DNA from: Macrostomum lignano
Lineage: Eukaryota
Direction: 5' to 3'
Assembly: GCA_002269645.1 (NCBI GenBank)
Contig: NIVC01002282.1
Location: forward strand, 1-64,000
Length of the DNA: 64,000 nucleotides
In this document: one piece after another, positions 12,086 through 23,348 of the stretch
Numbering within the stretch: position 1 is the stretch's first letter
How the letters are laid out: the number at the start of each line of letters is the position of its first letter
Notes under the pieces: model-generated
What the model was told of the DNA's origin: nothing
The model's database searches: none
The model's input: the letters and a program-made list of their open reading frames with translations, nothing else
Position numbers and translations under genes: made by a program

Positions 12086-12614
12086 AGCTTGTTGGTTTTG
12101 AATGTTTGGTCATTAACATCTCCATAGTCGCTGGGCTCCTCGTTGAAGTTCATATTAGGGCTGCCCATCCGGAGCTGTTTACATCAAATATATGGCTGCT
12201 GACAACCAAGCGCAAGCAGTTCAGCAGCATGATGTTATTCGCAATGCAAGTGGAGCAGAGTTCATAAACCCATCTAATAAACCATAACTAGTCTTGGTCA
12301 TGTCATTTTATAGTACTTGAAAATTTTAGAATTTTTGAAATGAAGCTTCCAAAAATTGAATTTGGAACTACACTTATCCATATATTGGTATTACAAGCAA
12401 AATATTTTTGCAGATAGAATATATAATCTCAATAAACTAAATCTTGTTTGTCTGTATGTATGTAACGTAGCTCCTCATAGGCTACTTGCAAGTCAGTGTT
12501 GAAACTTTCTAGAATAGTATAATTTAAAAACATTAGTAAAACAACCTTTACTTTGTCACTTCAATCAAATTTTATTATTTAATATTGTTTATTTTTATCA
12601 TTTGGCTATACGAC

Positions 12615-13320
12615 TTCCAGCCTCCCAGATCCTCGGTTGCTGGGCAACAGCCTCCCAGATCCTCAGTTGTTGGGCCAGCCTCCCAGATCCTCAGTTGCTG
12701 GGCCAGCCTCCCAGATCCTCAGTTGCTGGGCCACAGCCTCCCAGATCCTCAGTTACTGGGCCAGCCTCCCAGATCCTCAGTTGCTGGGCCAGCCTCCCAG
12801 ATCCTCAGTTGCTGGGCCAGCCTCCCAGATCCTCAGTTGCTGGGCCAGCCTCTCAGATCCTCAGTTGCTGGGCCAGCCTTCCAGATCCTCAGTTGCTGGG
12901 CCAGCCTCCCAGATCCTCAGTTGCTGGGCCAGCCTCCCAGATCCTCAGTTGCTGGGACAGCCTTCCAGATCCTCAGTTGCTAGGCCACAGCCTCCCAGAT
13001 CCTCGGTTGCTGGGCCAGCCTCCCAGATCCTCAGTTGCTGGGCCAGCCTCCCAGATCTTTAATTGCTGGGCCAGCCTCCCAGATCCTCAATTGCTGGGCC
13101 ACAGCCTCCCAGATCCTCAGTTGCTGGGCCACAGCCTCCCAGATCCTCAGTTGCTGGGCCACAGCCTCCCAGATCCTCAGTTGCTGGGCCACAGCCTCCC
13201 AGATCCTCAGTTGCTGGGCCACAGCCTCCCAGATCCTCGGTTGCTGGGCCACAGCCTCCCAGATCCTCAGTTGCTGGGCCACAGCCTCCCAGATCCTCGG
13301 TTGCTGGGCCACAGCCTCCC
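12615..13320. repeat. 27/30-bp tandem repeat (CCTCCCAGATCCTCAGTTGCTGGGCCA[CA]G)
   Basis: Read directly; at the 3' end of GM130 intron 1. Confidence 0.95.
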
Positions 13321-13411
13321 ATATTCTCAGCAGAGCTGTCAGCAGTCACAAACGAGTGGATGTCTCCGCTATTGCACAAATCTCCCTCCAATGTCACCCT
13401 CATAAAAACAG

Positions 13412-13862
13412 TTGCAAAAATTCCGCGATCAAAAAGACGGCGCAGCAGGAGGCGGCGGCTCGTCAACGAAGTCAAAGCAGCGCCGACCGAACAGCTCCGC
13501 CCCATCGGCTGCCGACCCCGCAGCAGAAGCAGCAGCAGTTCCTCAACCAGCTGAGGATACCGCTTCGTCTTTGCCGCCTCAGCCTCCGCCTCATCATCAT
13601 CATCAGCAGCAGCAGCAGGAACCTTCAGCAACAGAACTGAGCGGCAATGGAGACGCTCCACCATCCAGCATAGTGGAATCGAATGGCAGTCACGAACCTT
13701 CAGCAGCAGCAGCTTCAGCAGCAGCAGCGGCCGCGTCTGGTGCCGCTATTGAACAAGTCGACGTTGCAGACGTCTCCGACACAGCATCTGTGAGCGGCGC
13801 CACAGAGAGCCTGATGCAGCTTAGCCAGCAGATTAATGGCATCATGTCCTGGGATAGTCCTG
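13412..13862 (+). CDS. GOLGA2: GM130 exon 2
   Basis: aaacag|TTG...CCTG|gtgag; TESLMQLSQQINGIM resembles GOLGA2 SLRQLSQQLNGLV. Confidence 0.85.
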
Positions 13863-13990
13863 GTGAGCTATCCCCTTTTCTCTTTTAAAGTTTTTCCCCT
13901 TTAATTTCTACTATCAGTAGCGTAAAACTAACCAGCTAAATTCATCTGAAGCCTTGTGATTTCTGAATTTCAAACTTAACAATTCCGCAG

Positions 13991-14139
13991 ACCAGCAGAC
14001 GGCCCAGCTGGCCCAGCAGCAGCAGTCGTTGGAGCGGCGCAATGTGGAATTGGCCAGCATTCTGGAGAAGCGGACAGAAGCTCTGGAGCAGTCCAAGAGG
14101 TCGCAGGCTCTGTATAAAGATCAGCTGCAACGAGTTCAG
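13991..14139 (+). CDS. GOLGA2: GM130 exon 3
   Basis: ccgcag|AC...CAG|gttggt; phase-compatible coiled coil. Confidence 0.8.
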
Positions 14140-14189
14140 GTTGGTACTCGAGGCACTGAGATATTGAGATACACAGGCAGTGCGATAAC

Positions 14190-14242
<53 letters not shown>

Positions 14243-14345
14243 TAGACAGACAGACAGACAGGCAGACATACAGACAGACAGATAGACAGACAGACAGACA
14301 GACAGGCAGACAGACAGACAGACAGACAGACAGACAGGCAGACAT

Positions 14346-14387
<42 letters not shown>

Positions 14388-14465
14388 GGACAGGTAGAAA
14401 CAAACAGACAGACGGACAGGTAGAAACAGACAGACAGACATGTAGAAGCAGACAGGCAGGCACAA
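14190..14465. repeat. (GACA)n microsatellite, intronic
   Basis: Read directly. Confidence 0.95.
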
Positions 14466-14522
14466 ACAGAAAGAGAGACACATGTACAGAGAGGCCACTC
14501 CAAGCCTACTCCGCACCCGCAG

Positions 14523-14735
14523 GCCTCTCTATCAGCCGAGCTGGCCTCCTCAGAGGAGCGGCACCGGCGCGAGCTGCAGTCGGCCAGGGAGCAGCAGGCC
14601 AGCCAGGCGCAGACAATCGGCATGCTGGTGGCTGAGAAGACGGAATTGGCTACTCAACTGGCTCACGCCCAGCGGATGTGCCAGCAGAGGCTGTCGGAGC
14701 TCACCGAAGCGCAGGAGCGAGTGAGGGCAGCTAAG
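14523..14735 (+). CDS. GOLGA2: GM130 exon 4
   Basis: QTIGMLVAEKTELATQLAHAQ resembles GOLGA2 [21 protein letters not shown]; canonical splice sites. Confidence 0.9.
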
Positions 14736-14815
14736 GTGAGCTGGCAGTCTGCCAGATAGAGAATTACTCAATAAGCGCACACTCACAGAGTTCTTACAAA
14801 CAAAAATTCTCCAAG

Positions 14816-15031
14816 GCTCGCCAAGCTGAGGCCGAGAAGGCGCAGGCCGCAGCGGAGCAGGCCACATCTCAGTTGAATTCTGGAGGCCGCGAGCTGGCTA
14901 AGGAGGCTGAGAGACTGCGCGCTGAAGTTGCTAGGCTGAGTTCGGACAGAGTTGAGCTTGAACAGGCAGCCAAGGAGCTGAGGGCTCGATTGGCAGCTAA
15001 GACTCAAGCGGCTCAAGGACTTGAGGAGCAG
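14816..15031 (+). CDS. GOLGA2: GM130 exon 5
   Basis: ctccaag|GCT...CAG|gtgaga; phase 0; coiled coil. Confidence 0.85.
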
Positions 15032-15059
15032 GTGAGATTCATTTGGGAATTAGATAGTT

Positions 15060-15462
15060 TAGCTGATGGTTGCTAGGCTGATTGATTGTTGCTAAGATGA
15101 TTTATGGTTGCTAGGCTGATAGGTGATTGCAAGGCTGATCGATGGTTGCTAGGCTGATTGATGGTTGCTAGGCTGATTGATGGTTGCTAGGCTGATTAAT
15201 TGTTGCTAGGCTGATTGATGATTGTTAGGCTAATTAATGGTTGCTAGGCTGATTGATGGTTGCTAGGCTGATTAATTGTTGCTAGGCTGATTGATGGTTG
15301 CTAGGCTGATTGATGGTTGCTAGGCTGATTGATGGTTGCTAGGTTGATTGATGGTTGCTAGGCTGATTGATGGTTGCTAGGCTGATTGATGGTTGCTAGG
15401 CTGATTTCTTGTTGCTAGGCTGATGATAGATTACTAGTCAATTCATATAATCTGGTTGCTAG
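15060..15462 (+). repeat. 19-bp minisatellite (GCTAGGCTGATTGATGGTT), intron 5
   Basis: About 20 units. Confidence 0.95.
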
Positions 15463-15529
15463 GCAGACAGGTTTCTAGTTTCTAGTGCCTCATGGTCATA
15501 TCTCAGTCCGCACTCATCTCCCGCCGCAG

Positions 15530-15964
15530 GTTCGCGACCTTCGCCGCCAGCTGGAACTCGCCGGAGTGCAGCTGCACCAGCTGGGCGCCAGTCGGGACCG
15601 AGACGGCCGGGCGGCGGTGGTTGAACTGCAGTCGGCGAATGCGGACTTAACGGAGCGCCTGGCTCAGCTGACAAGCGAGCGGGACAGCCTAGCCGAGCAG
15701 TACCGCGAGTACACCAACCGTCTGGGCGCCGAGGCCAAGCAGCTTCGTGCTCAGGTGAGCACCCTGACCACCGAGCGAAGCCAGCTGGTGAACCGCACGG
15801 CCGAACTTGAGGGCGAACTGGCCGGACTGGCCGATCAGCTTGCAGCCGCTAGAGAGGCCGAAAATGCAGCTCTGGCCAGCGTTCAACAGCTGAAGGCTCA
15901 GGCTGATGAGGCTGGGAAGCTGAGAGACGCTGAGGCTGAGGAACGACAGCGGCTGTTGGAGATG
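15530..15964 (+). CDS. GOLGA2: GM130 exon 6
   Basis: gccgcag|GTT...ATG|gtgggt; 435 bp, phase 0-0. Confidence 0.85.
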
Positions 15965-16039
15965 GTGGGTGATCTCTTTGGTGGGAATTCGAACTGAGTT
16001 GAGCATTGGGATTATGTTGCTCATAGCATCAGCCTTCCC

Positions 16040-16310
16040 TCAATCGCCCTAGCAACCATCAATCAGCCTAGCAACCATCAGTCTAGCAACCACAAATCAG
16101 CCTAGCAACCACCAATCAGCCTAGCAACCACAAATCAGCCTAGCAACGATAAATCAGCCTAGCAACCATCAGTCAGCCTAGCAACCATCAATCAGCCTAG
16201 CAACCATCAGTCAGCCTAGCAACCATCAATCAGCCTAGCAACCATGAATAAGCCTAGCAACCACCAATAAGCCTAGCAACCACCAATAAGCCTAGCAACC
16301 ATCAGTCTAG
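16040..16310 (-). repeat. 19-bp minisatellite (AACCATCAATCAGCCTAGC), reverse complement of the intron 5 array, intron 6
   Basis: About 14 units. Confidence 0.95.
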
Positions 16311-16401
16311 AAACGATTTATCAACCATCATATACAGTCTCCGCTAATAGAGACTCGAGCTTCACTGAGCACTGTCAGCCCATCTCCTCTCCACATCCCA
16401 G

Positions 16402-16776
16402 GTGGAAGATCGGGAAGCCGCGTGCGAGCGACTCCGCGGCGAGATGCGCTCGGCCAAGGCTGACCAGCAGCGGCTGTCGGACTCGGTGCAGTCGGATCGC
16501 AGCTGCCTGTCCCGGGCTCTGCAGCAGAACCGCGATCTGAAATCCCAGCTGGAAGAGCTGCAGACTGGCTTTGTGGCGGCTTCGAATCGCGGCGCCGAGC
16601 TCACCCAGCAGCTGCAGGCTGAGCAGCACCTGGCTAAGGAGCTGGCCAGCCGCCTGGGCGAGCAGGAGGACGAGCTGCGCGAACTGCGCCAAGATCTGTC
16701 AGCTCGGGAGGAAGAGCTGCGAGCTGTCAAATTGGCCTATCAGAGCGCTAGGGAGACTCTGCTGTACCGCCAGCCG
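16402..16776 (+). CDS. GOLGA2: GM130 exon 7
   Basis: LSRALQQNRDLKSQLEELQTGFV resembles GOLGA2 [23 protein letters not shown]. Confidence 0.9.
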
Positions 16777-17295
16777 GTAAGACACGCTTGTCTGTGTATA
16801 CTGAATTTCTAAGTTTTCGATACATATCGGTAGTGTATGTTCCGTTGTAAAATTGAATTTCAGTTCACTTCGGTATGCAGCATCAATATCAAGTTGTATA
16901 GTAATTACGGTTAAATGTTTATATTCGATAGCTTGTACTTATCGGCGTAGTTCGGCAGTATATTATTTTTTTCGATACATATCGGCACGTGGCTCATTTT
17001 ACTGCAATAGCCTTCTGTATATATGCAAAAATTTGTCCTATCACTAGGATATTTCGATGCATGTCGACTTTTAAACAACCCCTATGTTATCTTTCGATAC
17101 ATATCGGCTATTATACAATCCTATTCTAGTTTTATGTCATGCTATTTTAACTTTCGATACATATCGGTTATACGAGATATAAGATAACCGTATTTTTGTT
17201 CTTTTTCGATACATATCGACAGTTATATAACCCTGTGTTAACTTTAAATGTTATTTTACTTTATAATAACTTTCGATACATATCGGCTATTCCAG

Positions 17296-17796
17296 GACAG
17301 TCCCGGCGCCGTATCGGGCGCTTCGCCGTCAAGTGCCGACGCGGCCGCTGCCGTTGAAGCTCAGCAGCGGCTCAGCCAGGAGCTGGCGGCTGCCCAAGCT
17401 CGCGTCAATCAGCTGACGGCCAGCAACAGCGAGCTTAAGGCGCTGCTCTACCGTAGCCAGCAGCAACAGCAGCAACAGGCTTCGGCCACATCAAAATCGC
17501 AGGCCAATACGGCCAACTCCGAGGATGAGGCACCAACAGCTGCCGCCGGAGCTGAGGTAGTCGACGGCGGCCGGTCCCGCACCCAGTCCACGGCCACCCT
17601 GCAGACCAGCGTTGACCAGCTGGAGAGCGAGAGAAACGCTCTGCTGAAAACTGTCGAAGAGTTGAAAGCCAACGCGGCGGCTGAGGCTGCCAGTCCATCC
17701 GATGCTGCCGCTGTGCCGCACGTCAGCCGGGCGGAGTTCGAGGAGATGCAGCGAGCGCGCCGTCAATTGGAGGAGAAATTTCATCAGGCTATGGAT
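17296..17796 (+). CDS. GOLGA2: GM130 exon 8
   Basis: ttccag|GAC...GAT|gtgagg; phase 0. Confidence 0.85.
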
Positions 17797-17839
17797 GTGA
17801 GGCGCTTGTAATTGTTTTGTTTGTGTTAGATGGTTCGGT

Positions 17840-18804
17840 GATTGACAGAGTGATTGCATGATTGATTGAGTGATTTCATGATTGATTGAGTGATTTCATG
17901 ACTGATTGACTGATTAAATAGTTGATAAAATGATTTCATGATTGATAGTGATTTTATGATTGATAGAGGGATTTCATGATTGATAGAGGGATTTCATGAT
18001 TGACAGAGTGATTTTATGATTAATAGAGTGATTAAATGATTGATAGAGTGAATGAATGATTGATAGAGTAAACAAATGATTGATAGAGTGAATAAATGAT
18101 TGATAGAGTGAATAAATGATTGATAGAGTGATTAAATGATTGATAGAGTGAATAAATGATTGATAGAGTGAATAAATGATTGATAGAGTTATTAAATGAT
18201 TGATAGAGTGAATAAATGATTGATAGAGTGAATAAATGATTGATAAAGTTATTAAATGATTGATAGAGTGAATAAATGATTGATACAGTGAATAAATGAT
18301 TGATAGAGTTATTAAATGATTGATAGAGTGAATAAATGATTGATAGAGTGAATAAATGATTGATAAAGTTATTAAATGATTGATAGAGTGAATAAATGAT
18401 TGATACAGTGAATAAATGATTGATAGAGTGAATAAATGATTGATAGAGTGAATAAATGATTGATAGAGTGAATAAATGATTGATACAGTGAATAAATGAT
18501 TGATAGAGTGAATAAATGATTGATACAGTGAATAAATGATTGATAGAGTGAATAAATGATTGATAGAGTGAATAAATGATTGATAGAGTGAATAAATGAT
18601 TGATACAGTGAATAAATGATTGATAGAGTGAATAAATGATTGATACAGTGAATAAATGATTGATAGAGTGAATAAATGATTGATAGAGTGATTAAATGAT
18701 TGATAGAGTGAATAAATGATTGATACAGTGAATAAATGATTGATAGAGTGAATAAATGATTGATACAGTGAATAAATGATTGATAGAGTGAATAAATGAT
18801 TGAT
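17840..18804. repeat. 20-bp minisatellite (GATTGATAGAGTGAATAAAT), intron 8
   Basis: Read directly; highly homogeneous in its 3' part. Confidence 0.95.
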
Positions 18805-18820
18805 CCTTTACCCCTTTCAG

Positions 18821-19345
18821 CGAGTCGCCCAACTGCAGGACGAGAAGGAGCGCCTTGAGCACACCCTGATGCAGCTGGAGATTGAGACTGAGACCATAGG
18901 CGAGTACGTCACCCTGTACCAGTACCAGCGGTCCCAGCTGCACCAGCGCGAACTGGAGAAGGAGGCCTCCCTGACTCAACTGGCCGCTGAGAAGGAGCAG
19001 ATGCGGCTTAAGTTGTCCGAGTTGGAAACTCTCGTTAGAAATCTGATGCATTCCCAGCCTCAGCAGCAGCTTCATCAGCTCCAGCAGTTGGCATCTCAAT
19101 CTCCAGACTCCTCGACATATGCGGCCGCAGAGTCGCTTCATCAACAGCGACCCGTTATGGAAGGAGTTCACACCAGCTTTAGCAACCCTCAAAGTGGTTC
19201 TTCTGAAGATCCACCAGTGCAGCAGCAGAGTCTCGCAGCCAATCGCATACTGGACATCATCTCCCAGCTGCATGATGACGCCACAAAGGATTCTGTCCAC
19301 GTTATGCAATGCTCCTGTTGTCATGGTAGCGTTATCGATCTTTGA
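18821..19345 (+). CDS. GOLGA2: GM130 exon 9 (last)
   Basis: ERLEHTLMQLEIETETIGEYVTLYQYQR resembles GOLGA2 [28 protein letters not shown]; invertebrate-type C-terminus CSCCHGSVIDL*. Nine exons total 2919 nt, about 972 aa. Confidence 0.92.
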   Translation, partial: RVAQLQDEKERLEHTLMQLEIETETIGEYVTLYQYQRSQLHQRELEKEASLTQLAAEKEQMRLKLSELETLVRNLMHSQPQQQLHQLQQLASQSPDSSTYAAAESLHQQRPVMEGVHTSFSNPQSGSSEDPPVQQQSLAANRILDIISQLHDDATKDSVHVMQCSCCHGSVIDL

Positions 19346-19852
19346 CAGGAAGAAAATCAATATTTTATCTATTTATCGATATTTTTTGTTTCTTCTGTCC
19401 CGATCGCAATAGAATTAATAATTTATTATGATCACAATCATTCATATATATGTATGTGTACATGTGGTGTTTTATTGAGCCCCATATTGGTTTCAGTTTA
19501 TTCGGTTTTAGTGTCAGTAAGTCTGTTCTGCGGCCTAATGTGTTTTAAATCGCGTAATGATATATTGTTTGGTGCCAATGAGCCTCAGGAGTGGCTGGCC
19601 TCTATTCCTCTGATACGTGCACCAACTGACTGATCTGGTTTAATAATTTGTGCTCCCTTTGCTTGGTTTCTTCAACTTTCAAATTGTTGCGCGTCTTTCA
19701 TTCTACTGCGGCCAGATAAGAGACATAAAATACGTTCCTTGTTGTAGGTCTGCATCTGCCTTGCTATGTTGCTCATAGTTGTAGCATCAATATCAATATG
19801 CTCCGCTCCACTTTTCTGTGGTTTCAGGTAATCTAATAATTAAAACGGGCTT

Positions 19853-20220
19853 AAAGGAAACCCCCTTAATGGCCTTGAGGGAAACCCCCTTAATGGCCTT
19901 GAGGGAAACCCCCTTAATGGCCTTGAGGGAAACCCCCTTAATGGCCTTGAGGGAAACCCCCTTAATCGCCTTGATGAAAACCCCCTTAATCGCCTTGAAT
20001 GAAATCCCCTTAATGGCCTTGAGGGAAACCCCCTTAATGGCCTTGAAAGAAACCCCCTTAATGGCCTTGAGGGAAACCCCCTTAATGGCCTTGATGGAAA
20101 CCCCCTTAATCGCCTTGAGGGAAATCCCCTTAATGGCCTTGAGGGAAACCCCTTAATAGCCTTGAGGGAACTCCCCTTAATGGCCTTGAGGGAAACCCCC
20201 TTAATCGTCTTGAGGGAAAA
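19853..20220. repeat. 24-bp minisatellite (GGGAAACCCCCTTAATGGCCTTGA)
   Basis: About 15 units. Confidence 0.95.
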
Positions 20221-20754
20221 TTACCCTATCATGAAAATCGCTTAGTATATATAAATGCACTACGTTTTCCAAGATTCATAAATCATTATATTATTTATTT
20301 ACCTGCTATATTTTGTTTGAAATTGGAATATTCACGTTAATTTGTTTCTCCATTACTGACAGTAAGCTTGCTTGCTTCGGCAGTGCTGTTAGGCATTCTG
20401 TACTGTCTATTCATTTTTAGTGCCTGTTCTGTTCTGTTCGAAACTTTTCTTATAATTGTTTTTGTATTTGTTTGTCTGCTTGTCTGTCTGTCTGTCTGTA
20501 ATAGCTGGTGACTGACACTTCATGGTCTGTGTTATAAGCTGTCCGAGTCATCCTCACTTTATTTATGGTTTTGAACATCAATTTATGAGTAGTTTGAGTA
20601 ATTTTAAAATCTTGAATATAAACTAATTCCGATCATTGATGCTGATTAATAGTTTTTGTGCTTTTAATTAACAGTTTATGGTCTTGTTATTTATAAAATT
20701 TTGTTGTTAGTGATAATCTAGAACTGCTCAGTGATCTGACTCTCGAGCCAGGGT

Positions 20755-21096
20755 TTCTTGGTGGGCGCCCCTGTCTCTTTGTTGGGCGCCCCTGTCTCTT
20801 GGTGGGTGGGCGCCCCTGTCTCTTGGTGGGCGCCCCTGTCTCCTGGTGGGCGCCCCTGTCTCATGGTTTGCGCCTCCTGTCTCTTGGTTGGCGCCCCTGT
20901 CTCTTGGTTGGCGCCCCTGTCTCTTGGTAGGCGCCCCTGTCTTTTTGGGCGCCCATTTATCCTGAAGGCCGCCCCTGTCTGTGGATGCCACTTCCAATAG
21001 GTGTGCAAAAGTGGAGTTTGGTTGCCTCTCTTGTTTAGTTTTTAGAGGTACATTGGGGGACCCCTGTCCACCCCCTCAATCTGCAGAACGCCGCTG
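20755..21096 (-). mobile_element. Partial hAT-like element carrying the 20-bp CCAAGAGACAGGGGCGCCCA minisatellite
   Basis: End CAGCGGCGTTCTGCAG on the - strand and the flank GAGGCAACC...CTTTTGC..C..TTGGA.GTGGCA are shared with the copies at 25.8 and 31.8 kb. Confidence 0.65.
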
Positions 21097-21296
21097 GTAC
21101 AGACAGTTTCGCACACAACCTACCTTCCAATATGGATTTTTTGCATAATTGTCTTACTTTCAGTGTCTGAAAACGCATTTTATTACTCATTAAAGTAGTA
21201 AACATGTATTTTTCATTATTTTCATGACAGCAAAAGTCGGTCAGCATTGAAGAGTAACAGTAAAGCAAACAGAAATTCCAACAGCTCACCATTTTT

Positions 21297-21698
21297 ATGG
21301 ATCCATCGCCCCAGGCGGACGTGCAGAAACTGCAGGATCTGGTTCGCAAACTCGAAGAACAGAACGACCGGATTAGGTCCCAGCAGCAGCAGCAACAGCA
21401 ACAGCAGCTTTCTCCCACAGTTAAGTTCCCTCCGCCTCCAGAATCTCCGCCTCATCATCAGCATCGTCAGGGGTCGCCCTCGGCGAACTCTCAGGTGGGG
21501 TCCCATTCCGCTCGGCACAGGCGAATCTCGTTCAGCGAGTGGGATCTGGACCCAGCCGCTGCCGGCGGGGATGAGGAGCAATGGCTGTTCAGGTCTCAGC
21601 ATCTCAGCTCCAGCCTGGCTGCGGCCAGGGGAGGTCAGAGACCCCTGCCCACCCTGGACTGGCTGGCTGGCTCCGCTAGTGGCGCTGACGGCTACACG
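21297..21698 (+). CDS. SLAIN2: SLAIN motif family protein, exon 1
   Basis: ADVQKLQDLVRKLEEQNDRIRS resembles SLAIN2 [22 protein letters not shown]; donor ACG|gtgagc. Confidence 0.8.
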
Positions 21699-21714
21699 GT
21701 GAGCTGATGATTGT

Positions 21715-22330
21715 TTGACTCTCACCCCTGACTCATGTGATCTCACCCCCTGACTCTCATGTGATCTAACCCTTAACTCTCATGTGATCTCACCCCCCTG
21801 ACTCTCATCTGATCTCATCCCCTGACTCTCATGTGATCTCACCCCCTGACTCTCATCTGATCTCATCCCCTGACTCTCATGTGATCTCACCCCCTGACTC
21901 TCATCTGATCTCATCCCCTGACTCTCATGTGATCTCACCCCCTGACTCTCATGTGATCTCACCCCCTGACTCTCATCTGATCTCATCCCCTGACTCTCAT
22001 GTGATCTCACCCCTGACTCTCGTCTGATCTCACCCCTGACTCTCGTCTGATCTCATCCCCTGACTCTCGTCTGATCTCACTCCTGAATCTCGTCTGATCT
22101 CACCCCCTGACTCTCGTCTGATCTCATCCCCTGACTCTCGTCTGATCTCACTCCTGAATCTCGTCTGATCTCACCCCTGAATCTTATCCGATCTGACCCC
22201 TGACTCTCATTTGATCTCACACCCTGGCTCTCATCTGATCTCACCTCTCTGACTCTCATCTCATTTCCATCCTCTGACTCATATCGTCTTATCACCTGAC
22301 TTACTCTAATCTCACCCCTAAATCTCAGCT
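21715..22330. repeat. About 24-bp intronic minisatellite (CTGACTCTCATGTGATCTCACCCC)
   Basis: Read directly. Confidence 0.9.
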
Positions 22331-22425
22331 GATCTCAGACTCTGTTATCCGATATCGCAGTTCACTTCGCAGTTCCGAGCCACTTCTGACTCATTTAATT
22401 GAATCTGGAACTCGCCAAACCCCAG

Positions 22426-22925
22426 ACGCCAGACGCCGGTCAGCACCTGCGGCACAAACGCGGCGGCAGCAGCCTGCTGGCCAAGCTGAACGAACTCGCC
22501 TTGATCGGCCGCCTCGCGCCCTGCAGCCCCGCCTCGCCCGTTGCCCCCGCTGCTGCCACCGAGCTCAACAGTCCATCAGCTGCTGGCTCTGATGAGCGTC
22601 AGCGTCCAGACGGTCGATCGTCGCTGTACCGCCAGCTGAACTCCCCGGCTGCCGCAGTCAGCAGTGCCGGCGGCAACAACGGCTACTCGTCAGCTAGCGG
22701 GCATCTCCGGGATTCGATTCCAGGACCTTCCGCCGGCCGCATTCTCGCGGAGTCAGCGCCGGAACCGCGCCGGTTGGTGCTGGAGGCGGCGGTGGCGGAG
22801 GCGGAGGCTACGAGGATTCAGCTGACGGTGGCATCGGGGCGTCGACGAGCTCGCAGGAGCGGCTGCACGACCTCACGGATGTGCAGATTGTGGCCAAGAT
22901 GCAGATTGATGCGCTGAGGCAGCAG
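22426..22925 (+). CDS. SLAIN2: SLAIN exon 2 (500 bp, internal frameshift near 22700)
   Basis: The 5' half reads SLLAKLNEL in one frame; the 3' half reads RLHDLTDVQIVAKMQIDALRQQ (SLAIN [20 protein letters not shown]) in another. Confidence 0.7.
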
Positions 22926-22959
22926 GTGGGTTTTAAGGATGCCGTGCTGCGTGATGGAG

Positions 22960-23290
22960 GGGTTGAAGGGTCAGGGTTGTGAAGGGTTGAAGGGTCCGGG
23001 TTGTGAAGGGTTGAAGGTTCAGGGTTGTGAAGGTTTGAAGGGTCAGTGTTGTGAAGGGTTCAAGGGTCAGTGTTGTGAAGGGTTGAAGGGTCAGTGTTGG
23101 GAAGGGTTGAAACGGAAGGGTCAGGGTTGTGAAGGGTTCAAGGTTCAGGGTTGTGAAGGGTTCAAGGGTCAGGGTTGTGAAGGGTTCAAGGGTCAGGGTT
23201 GTGAAGGGTTTAAGGGTCAGGGTTTTGAAGGGTCAGGGTTGTGAAGGGTTGAAACCGAAGGATCAGGGTTGTGAGGGTTGAAGGGTCAGT
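22960..23290. repeat. 24-bp intronic minisatellite (GAAGGGTTCAAGGGTCAGGGTTGT)
   Basis: Read directly. Confidence 0.9.
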
Positions 23291-23348
23291 GAAATCCAAC
23301 CTATAACAGTAGCAAAGGTCAGCTTGGACTTTTGATGCACAATGGCAG

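Noticed and set aside
11160-12127. + strand ORFs (SGSGCSLV, WCQAVAAH, GVRQWLLI repeats)
   Set aside because: Nearly all frames are open because the 24-bp unit lacks stop codons; no independent coding evidence.
12585-13664. Overlapping PPRSSVAG / LPDPQLLG ORFs as the GM130 N-terminus
   Set aside because: They are minisatellite read-through; the real exon begins at the acceptor at 13412.
16816-17287. CRISPR-like repeat-spacer array
   Set aside because: The core is only about 15 bp, spacing is irregular, and it lies inside a spliceosomal intron; kept only as a motif cluster.
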